Source: Ignicoccus hospitalis KIN4/I
GTDB lineage: Archaea > Thermoproteota > Thermoprotei_A > Sulfolobales > Ignicoccaceae
Length of the DNA stretch: 32,000 nt
Direction of reading: 5' to 3'
NCBI RefSeq assembly: GCF_000017945.1
Contig: NC_009776.1
Location: 540,001-572,000, forward strand
The notes beneath the pieces were generated by a model. The model was not told the DNA's origin. It saw only the letters and a program-made list of their open reading frames with translations, and ran no database searches. A program made the translations under genes and the position numbers. Below, one piece after another: positions 17,650 through 24,044 of this stretch; the first letter of the stretch is position 1; each line of letters starts with the position of its first letter.

Positions 17650-17794
17650 ATAATTCTCTCAAAAGGTAATAGGAAACGCAACTCAAGGTCCTAATAAAGC
17701 TTACAAAAAGCAAGCTACACAAAGGCTCCCAAGGCCCGATAAGGAACTCGCCCTCAGATTCCACAAGCCTTGAGGAAAGTGCGAGACGTGTGCT

Positions 17795-17807
17795 AAAATT
17801 TTATTAA
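17795..17807 (+). promoter_or_regulatory. TATA-like box for tRNA-Lys
   Basis: AAAATTTTATTAA is centred ~33 nt upstream of the tRNA 5' end. Confidence 0.5.
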
Positions 17808-17835
17808 CCCCCACCGGTCCCCAAGCCCACGGAGC

Positions 17836-17944
17836 GGGCCCGTAGCTCAGCCTGGTAGAGCGGCGGGCTCTTAACCCGTAGAGGCGGGGCTTGGCCCGTT
17901 TCCCGCCGCGGAAGTCCCGGGTTCAAATCCCGGCGGGCCCGCCA
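17836..17944 (+). tRNA. tRNA-Lys (anticodon CUU) with a ~32-nt non-canonical intron and genomically encoded CCA
   Basis: Folded by hand. The acceptor is GGGCCCG/CGGGCCC and the D arm is GCTC-AGCCTGGTA-GAGC. The anticodon arm is GCGGG-CTCTTAA-CCCGT, with CTT at 17870-17872, U33 and A37 present. The T arm is CCGGG-TTCAAAT-CCCGG, followed by discriminator G and CCA. About 32 extra nt lie between the anticodon arm and T arm (~17880-17913). Confidence 0.85.
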
Positions 17945-18009
17945 CACGGCGGCCAAGGGCTCCTACAACTTTACCTCCCCCTCCTAACCCTTACCGGAGG
18001 CCGCTGAGC

Positions 18010-19266
18010 TTGAGGATAGCCGTCGTTGGTCTCGGTTACGTCGGCCTACCCTTGGCGACCGCCCTAGCTTCCAAGGGCTTCGAAGTCGTGGGGATCGATA
18101 TAGACGAGAAGAAGGTGGAGAAGGTAAACAAGGGCGTAGCGCCAATAGAGGAGCCCAAGCTCCCAGAGATGCTAAAAGAGGTAGTCTCCAAAGGCTTATT
18201 GAGGGCGACTACGAACTACGACGTTATAGGTGAGACGGACGCTGCAATAATAGCGGTCCCTACCCCCGTGAAGGGAGGGAAGGCCGACCTAAGCTACTTG
18301 GAGTCCGCGCTGAGGGAAATAGGCAAGAGGATGAAGGAGGGTTACTTGGTGGTGATCGAGTCCACCATCCCCCCGGGCACCACCCAAGGGTTAGCGAAGA
18401 GGGTGCTAGAGGAGGCCAGCGGCCTGAAGCACGGCGAGTTCTACTTGGCCCACGCCCCGGAGAGGCTCGCGCCGGGGAAGGCGATGGAAGAGCTCTTCAA
18501 GGTGCCGAAGCTCGTGGGGGGCTTGACGGAGGAAGACGCTAAGAGGGCCGCCTCTATATATTCCAAGCTTACTGAGGGAGGTGTAATAATTACCAGCGCG
18601 ATAAACGCGGAGATGAGCAAGCTCGCAGAGAACACCTTCCGGGACCTCAACATAGCCTTCGCCAATGCGCTGGCACTTCTCGCCGAGAAGCTCGGGGCAG
18701 ACGTGTGGGAGGTGATAAAGCTGGCGAACACCCACCCAAGGGTAAACATCCACTTGCCGGGGCCCGGCGTGGGGGGCCCGTGCCTCACGAAAGATCCCTA
18801 CATGTTGGCAGAACCCATGGAGGATACGTCTAAAAACTTAATAATCACGGCTAGAAAAATAAATGAGAGGATGCCTCACCACTTCGCGGAGCTCGTCAAG
18901 AACATGGTAAAGCGCGGGGAGAAGGTGGCGCTTCTAGGGCTAGCCTACAAAGGAGGGGTGGACGACATAAGGGAAAGCCCCACCTTGAAGATCTACGACC
19001 TCCTCAAAGACGATTACGAGGTGGCCGTACACGACCCCTACGTTAAGGAAGCTCCGATACCCTTCACCAACGACTTGTTGAGCGCGGTGAGGGGGGCGAG
19101 CTTGATAGCAGTAGTTACCGACCACCCAGATTACAAGGAAATAGACTGGGGGGAGGTGGCCAAGGTAGTTAAAGAGAAGAAAGTGTTGGACGGCAGGAAC
19201 GTGGTACCTAAGGAAGAAGTGTTGAAATTCGGGTTCGTCTACAAGGCGTTGGGCGTGGGCACTTGA
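18010..19266 (+). CDS. wecC: UDP-N-acetyl-D-mannosamine dehydrogenase (UDP-sugar 6-dehydrogenase family)
   Basis: 418 aa with a TTG start. MRIAVVGLGYVGLPLA forms the Rossmann motif, with GGPCLTKDP (catalytic Cys) and YKGGVDDIRESP. It is coupled to the downstream epimerase. Confidence 0.8.
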   Translation: MRIAVVGLGYVGLPLATALASKGFEVVGIDIDEKKVEKVNKGVAPIEEPKLPEMLKEVVSKGLLRATTNYDVIGETDAAIIAVPTPVKGGKADLSYLESALREIGKRMKEGYLVVIESTIPPGTTQGLAKRVLEEASGLKHGEFYLAHAPERLAPGKAMEELFKVPKLVGGLTEEDAKRAASIYSKLTEGGVIITSAINAEMSKLAENTFRDLNIAFANALALLAEKLGADVWEVIKLANTHPRVNIHLPGPGVGGPCLTKDPYMLAEPMEDTSKNLIITARKINERMPHHFAELVKNMVKRGEKVALLGLAYKGGVDDIRESPTLKIYDLLKDDYEVAVHDPYVKEAPIPFTNDLLSAVRGASLIAVVTDHPDYKEIDWGEVAKVVKEKKVLDGRNVVPKEEVLKFGFVYKALGVGT

Positions 19267-20348
19267 TAGCCGTGGTCGTGGGCACCAGGCCAGAAATAAT
19301 AAAGATGGCGCCGGTGGTCCTCGAGCTCGAGAGCAGAGGAATAGACTACACCTTCGTTCACACCGGCCAACACTACGACTACGAAATGTCGAAGATTTTC
19401 ATAGAGGAGTTGGGGCTGCCGGAGCCCCACTTCAGCTTCGAGTTGAAGGGCTCCACCCCGGGAGAGCAAATAGGCGAAATGATAATCCACTTGGACAAAA
19501 TTTCGCAAGAGAGGAAGCCTAAGGTGGTCGCCGTCCAAGGCGACACCAACAGCATGGTGGCAGCGGCGATCGCGGCGCTGAAGGTCGGGGCGGAGGTCGC
19601 CCACGTGGAGGCGGGGCTGCGGAGCTACGACTGGAGGATGCCAGAAGAGCACAACAGGAGGATGATAGACCACGTGTCCAAATACCTCTTCGCCCCCACG
19701 GAAGACGCGAAGAGGAACTTGGAGGAGGAGATGGTTTACGGAGAGATTTACGTAACCGGCAACACAGTCATCGACGCGTTAGACAGATACATGGGCTTGG
19801 CCGAAGAGAGGTCGAAGGAGGTGTTAGAAAAGGTACCCTTCGACGAGTTCGGCGTGGTTACCTTCCACCGCGCCGAGAACGTCGACAACCCACAAACGCT
19901 TAAGGACTTCGTTAGGATACTGGAGAGGTCGCCCATACCCTTGGTATACCCAGTTCACCCCAGGACTAGGAAGAGGTTGCTCGAGTTCGGCTTGTGGGAC
20001 AGAGTAAAGAGAATACCTCACTTGATGATCACTGAGCCTTTGGGTTACCTAGAATTCATAGGCCTGTTGAAGAACTCGAAGATAGTCTTGTCCGACTCCG
20101 GAGGGTTGCAAGAAGAAGTCACCCACCCCAAGATACGCAAGCGGATAATCGTTCTGAGGACCTCAACCGAGAGGCCCGAGGCCATAAAGAGCGGGTTCGC
20201 CTACGTAGTGGGCACCAACCCGGTAGTTGTGCTGGCTACCTTGGAGAGGGCCTTGAACGAGGGCGCCCCGCTCCCGGAGGCATCGCCTTTTGGGGACGGC
20301 AAAGCTGGTAAGAGGATAGTGGACGTCTTGGAGAGGGTCGGGTCGTGA
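19263..20348 (+). CDS. wecB: UDP-N-acetylglucosamine 2-epimerase (non-hydrolysing)
   Basis: 361 aa with VVGTRPEIIKMAPV, VQGDTNS and HVEAGLRS. The TTG start overlaps the wecC stop as TTGA. Confidence 0.85.
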   Translation: MIAVVVGTRPEIIKMAPVVLELESRGIDYTFVHTGQHYDYEMSKIFIEELGLPEPHFSFELKGSTPGEQIGEMIIHLDKISQERKPKVVAVQGDTNSMVAAAIAALKVGAEVAHVEAGLRSYDWRMPEEHNRRMIDHVSKYLFAPTEDAKRNLEEEMVYGEIYVTGNTVIDALDRYMGLAEERSKEVLEKVPFDEFGVVTFHRAENVDNPQTLKDFVRILERSPIPLVYPVHPRTRKRLLEFGLWDRVKRIPHLMITEPLGYLEFIGLLKNSKIVLSDSGGLQEEVTHPKIRKRIIVLRTSTERPEAIKSGFAYVVGTNPVVVLATLERALNEGAPLPEASPFGDGKAGKRIVDVLERVGS

Positions 20349-20605
20349 AGGTGTGCATGCGGGTGGTAAAGGTCGAGGGCGAGTGCGCCGCCGGCTACGA
20401 GGTCGGGGACGAAATATGCTTCGAAGGGTTTAGGCTGGTCTCCTTTACTAAGCCCGTCTGCTTACACTTGTTGGCCTCCGCTCTACACGTGGTATACGCG
20501 ATGTTAAAGGGGATAAATCCCGAAGAGATGGGCTTCGAGGACGGGTTGTTGAGGTGCCCGGACCCGAAGAGAGGGAGCGTTACGGTGAAGTTGGAAAGGC
20601 GGTAG
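20345..20605 (+). CDS. Small Cys-containing protein resembling the TIGR04076 family (function unknown)
   Basis: 86 aa. The layout C..G.EVGDE..FEG...P.CLHLL.....V.....G........DG..RCPDP.RGSVTVKLER matches my memory of TIGR04076. The GTG start overlaps the wecB stop as GTGA. Confidence 0.45.
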   Translation: MKVCMRVVKVEGECAAGYEVGDEICFEGFRLVSFTKPVCLHLLASALHVVYAMLKGINPEEMGFEDGLLRCPDPKRGSVTVKLERR

Positions 20606-20859
20606 CGCTGGAGGTCCTCTCGCTTTTTGCACTAACTCTGACGCCGCCCTACGTAGAGGCAGTCTTGGGCGCCCTGGTCGCGTGGTACTTCTACTCCCGA
20701 ATAATGTTGGTCGGGCCGTTCGAGGGCAGCTCGGGGCGCCTCTTGGCCTTCTTAATCGTTGCCCTCCCCTACCCGCTGCTGGCGCTTGCTTTAGCGGACG
20801 CGGACCTCCTCTACGGCCTCCTCATAGCTTTTGCGTACTGGGTGAGAGTTTGGAGGTGA
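20554..20859 (+). CDS. Small hydrophobic membrane protein (~3 TM); hypothetical
   Basis: 101 aa from GTG at 20554, overlapping the previous gene by 52 nt, so the start is uncertain. Its stop overlaps the next gene's GTG as GTGA. Confidence 0.4.
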   Translation: MPGPEERERYGEVGKAVALEVLSLFALTLTPPYVEAVLGALVAWYFYSRIMLVGPFEGSSGRLLAFLIVALPYPLLALALADADLLYGLLIAFAYWVRVWR

Positions 20860-21857
20860 CGCTGGTCTACAACGTCCCCAAGCCCTTTGGCGGGGCGTAC
20901 GTGCACTTGCTGAACAACGTCTTGGGCGCCGCGAGGGCGGGCTTCGCGGTGAAGCTCTTCCCTCGCACGGGGATCTCCAAATACATTAAGGAGGACTTGA
21001 AGTTCCTGGGGTTCGACATAGCTGTAGAGGAAGCAGACGGGGTCGAGGGGTTGGTGTACCTACGCCCTTCGGACATAAGGAGCGACCTCAAGTACGTCAG
21101 GAACATAAATAACATAGACGTGATTGAAGTTAACTCCATGCCCTTGTGGCTCGCGGCGGAAGGCGCTGTAGGGCTCAAGGGGCCGGCGAAGTTCCTCGCG
21201 TCGGTCGTTAGGGATGTATTGGTCAGAATTATGTTAATGAGGTCTAAAAGAGTGGTTACGGTAAGTTCGATGGCGGCTAAGCTGTTAAAGAGGGACGCGC
21301 TGGTCGAGGCGAGGGTGGTGCCCAACCAGCCCTTACCCGGCATGGGGGAGAGGGTCGGGGCCGGGAGGTACTTGTGCTTCCCCTCCTCCTACTATTACAG
21401 CTACCAAGGTTTGGACGTCTTCTTGAAGGCTGTGAAGATGTTCGACCTAAAGGACTACGTATTGCTAATAGGTAAGGTCAACGTCGGCGGCTTGAAGAGC
21501 GTGGTCGCCAAGGGCGTTAGGGAGCTAGTTAAGGCATATTCGCTCTGCAAGGCAGTGATATCGCCGCATAAAGACAGCACCCCCGTCCCGTTCTTCGGGT
21601 CCCCGACCAAGGTGGTAGACGCCTTAGCCGCTAACAAAGCCTTAGTCGTCTCAGACTTGCCCAGCATAAGGGAGACCATAGAGGCCAACTTAAAGGGCGG
21701 GTGGGATTGCATAAGGTTCGTGAAGAGCGGCGACCCGGTCAGCTTGGGAGAGGCAATGGTAGAGGTCCTAAGGGAGGGCCCCGAGTGCAACTACGAATTG
21801 AAGGAAGGCCCGATATCCCGCTTCTGGCTCGAACTTTACAACGAGGAGGCCAAGTAG
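20856..21857 (+). CDS. Glycosyltransferase, GT-B fold (GT4-like)
   Basis: The start is reset to GTG at 20856. VTLVYNVPKPFGGAYVHLLNNVLGAARAGFAVKLF is a typical GT4 N-terminus, and the C-terminal half contains ..SPTKVVDALAANKALVVSD. Confidence 0.65.
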   Translation: MTLVYNVPKPFGGAYVHLLNNVLGAARAGFAVKLFPRTGISKYIKEDLKFLGFDIAVEEADGVEGLVYLRPSDIRSDLKYVRNINNIDVIEVNSMPLWLAAEGAVGLKGPAKFLASVVRDVLVRIMLMRSKRVVTVSSMAAKLLKRDALVEARVVPNQPLPGMGERVGAGRYLCFPSSYYYSYQGLDVFLKAVKMFDLKDYVLLIGKVNVGGLKSVVAKGVRELVKAYSLCKAVISPHKDSTPVPFFGSPTKVVDALAANKALVVSDLPSIRETIEANLKGGWDCIRFVKSGDPVSLGEAMVEVLREGPECNYELKEGPISRFWLELYNEEAK

Positions 21858-22786
21858 TCCGCGTACTTGCGGCTGAGGGCCCTTCGGTCGTACTTCTCCT
21901 CCGCCAGCCTCCTAGCCCTAGCGCCGGCCTCCGGGCAGACGTCCAAGCACTCCTTCAGCTTCGCCTTCAGCTCTTCAGGGGAGCTCGCGTAAACGCCTAT
22001 GCCCTCCTCCTCCACCAGCCGCTTCAGCTCCCCCGCGGGAGGCCCGTAGGCGAAGACGCAGAGCCCCAAGGCCATGTAGTCGTACGTCTTGAGGGGTATG
22101 GTCATCTCGTAGGTCTTCCCCCTCCAAGGCCTCGGTATGACGCCTATCGAGTACTTACACCCCACCTCCTTCAAGCGCTCGTAAGGCACTCGTCCGACCC
22201 CTCCGTACTTCTCCGAGCCTGGGCCCACCAGGGCGAGGTCCAGCTCCATTTCCCTCGCAACGCCTAAGAAGGGCCTCACGGGCAAGTAAGGGTTGGAGAA
22301 GTCCGCTATCAGCAAGGCTCCGCGCTCCCTTCTATCCTCGTCGCACTTGAGGGCCTCGGGGTCGGTCCCGTTCTCTATAACAAGAACTTCCTTGCCCGTG
22401 AGCCTCTCGTAGTGCTCGGCGATGCTCCGGGTGGTCGCCACCAACAAGTCGCTCCGCCTCAGCTTCCCCAAGTACCGTGCCACGATGGGGGCCGTCGCCA
22501 AGCCCTTCAGAAGCCCACCTTCCCTAGCATAGACGTCCCAAGGGTCCCTCAAGTCGCCCACGAGTTTTGTCCCCCTCGCCGCGAAGGCCACGTAGGCCGG
22601 GGGCGCGCTGAATAGCACGACCTCGTCGGTAACCTTCTTAGGCCTCAAGTAGGTTAACCTACTCTTCGGTAAGTTTATCTCTTTTACCTCGAAGCCCCTC
22701 TCCTCTAAGGCCTCCCTCAAATACCTCATCCTCAAGGCCGGCGGCGAGTCGCGCGAGCTCGCCGAGTAGAGCAGCGTAACTCTCAT
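21836..22786 (-). CDS. Glycosyltransferase, GT-B fold (GT4-like)
   Basis: 316 aa with MRVTLLYSAS...LREALEERGFEV and a C-terminal PLKTYDYMALGLCVFA. It is convergent with the previous GT and overlaps it by 22 nt. Confidence 0.6.
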   Translation of the reverse strand: MRVTLLYSASSRDSPPALRMRYLREALEERGFEVKEINLPKSRLTYLRPKKVTDEVVLFSAPPAYVAFAARGTKLVGDLRDPWDVYAREGGLLKGLATAPIVARYLGKLRRSDLLVATTRSIAEHYERLTGKEVLVIENGTDPEALKCDEDRRERGALLIADFSNPYLPVRPFLGVAREMELDLALVGPGSEKYGGVGRVPYERLKEVGCKYSIGVIPRPWRGKTYEMTIPLKTYDYMALGLCVFAYGPPAGELKRLVEEEGIGVYASSPEELKAKLKECLDVCPEAGARARRLAEEKYDRRALSRKYADYLASSL

Positions 22787-22835
22787 CGTTGCGACCCCCG
22801 CTATACGCAGCGCAGACCTTTTACGGGTAGGTCAC

Positions 22836-24044
22836 GTGAGGCGCGCGTTAGCTTTGCTCGCGTTCGCGACGTTGGCCCTCGCTATAACGAACGACACCAT
22901 AAAGTTGGGATACCGGGACCTCGTGGACTACTTCGTCGGTGCCCAACGGCCTTGTGGGGGATTTTTTGATTGTGAACCTAACTATTACCGTAGCGACGCG
23001 CTCATAGCATATTACCTCGCCCCCGAGGACCCCCTAACGCTCGACGCGGCCGAGGTCTTCGTGAAAAATGTCTTCTTGAAGGAGTACGACCTCTGGTACC
23101 TCATGGACCCTAACAACAAGATATACACTTGGTGGCCCTTGTTCAACGCGCTAGCCTTACTAAGCTCAAACATAAGCGATGACCTGGTAGTCGCTGTAGA
23201 AAATATAATAAGCAAGAACTTCGGGCCCAGGGGGCTGAGGACTTGCCTCCCGCTCTACTACCAGAACTACTTCGGCTGGGTGCCGTACGACTTAATGTCC
23301 ACGCTTTTAGCGTTAGCCATCGCAAAGAAGAGCGAAATCGTCGACAAGAACTTAGACTTCCAAAAGCTTAACTCTACCTTAGAGCCGAACTTCTGGAACG
23401 TCTTGAAGAAGTACCTAAGAGGGGAGATAAACGCCCGTCTCAGAAAGGACTACGTGGTCGCTTGGTTATCCTTGCTGGCCATGGGTCAAGGCGCGAAGCT
23501 TAGGGCCGAGGTGTGTGGCATTCTCAACCAGACGTACTTCAAAAAGGTGTATTACTCATATACCAATCTGACCCCAGTGGACTTCGACGCCCAAGCCACC
23601 TCCTTGCTCATCGACGCTTCACTAACTTGTTCTGCCTTCGGACACCTAAACTCCACGTACGCAAGGAAGGTGGCCGAGTGGCTGCTGGAGTCTTACATAA
23701 TACGTAACGGCGGAGAGTGGCCGCGCAGATTCGAGGCGCTCTCCGCCTTGAGGACTTTGATGGGCTTCCCGTCTTTGAACTTCGAGCTGGTTTCCACGGA
23801 AAAGTGGCCTCAGAGGGAGATTGAGGAGCAGCTCCAGAACTCGACCCAGAGCGCAACGGTACCTACAATAATAGAGACAAAGACTGTGCACGAGACAGTG
23901 ACCTTGAGCTCGTCCACCACCAAGACCATAGAGGTGGGGCTGCCCTTCGGGGGCTTGCTGGGGCTCTTGCCCTTCGGAGTTAGGAGGCTCAGTAGTAGAA
24001 GGAAAAGAGGACCTTCATGCTCCGGTAGGCCTTCTCCCAAGTAG
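22836..24044 (+). CDS. Exported, C-terminally TM-anchored probable glycoprotein (possible alpha/alpha-toroid, prenyltransferase-like repeats)
   Basis: 402 aa with signal peptide MRRALALLAFATLALA and 7 N-x-S/T sequons. A Ser/Thr stalk TLSSSTTKT precedes the TM segment GLPFGGLLGLLPFGV and a basic tail RRLSSRRKRG. AQRPCGGFFD is faintly prenyltransferase or terpene-cyclase-repeat-like. Confidence 0.5.
   Translation: MRRALALLAFATLALAITNDTIKLGYRDLVDYFVGAQRPCGGFFDCEPNYYRSDALIAYYLAPEDPLTLDAAEVFVKNVFLKEYDLWYLMDPNNKIYTWWPLFNALALLSSNISDDLVVAVENIISKNFGPRGLRTCLPLYYQNYFGWVPYDLMSTLLALAIAKKSEIVDKNLDFQKLNSTLEPNFWNVLKKYLRGEINARLRKDYVVAWLSLLAMGQGAKLRAEVCGILNQTYFKKVYYSYTNLTPVDFDAQATSLLIDASLTCSAFGHLNSTYARKVAEWLLESYIIRNGGEWPRRFEALSALRTLMGFPSLNFELVSTEKWPQREIEEQLQNSTQSATVPTIIETKTVHETVTLSSSTTKTIEVGLPFGGLLGLLPFGVRRLSSRRKRGPSCSGRPSPK

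Noticed and set aside
20682-20855. The N-terminal 58 codons of the track's 391-aa glycosyltransferase ORF
   Set aside because: They overlap the hydrophobic 101-aa gene in another frame and are Arg/Pro/Gly-rich. The GT4-type N-terminus begins at GTG 20856, which overlaps the upstream stop as GTGA.
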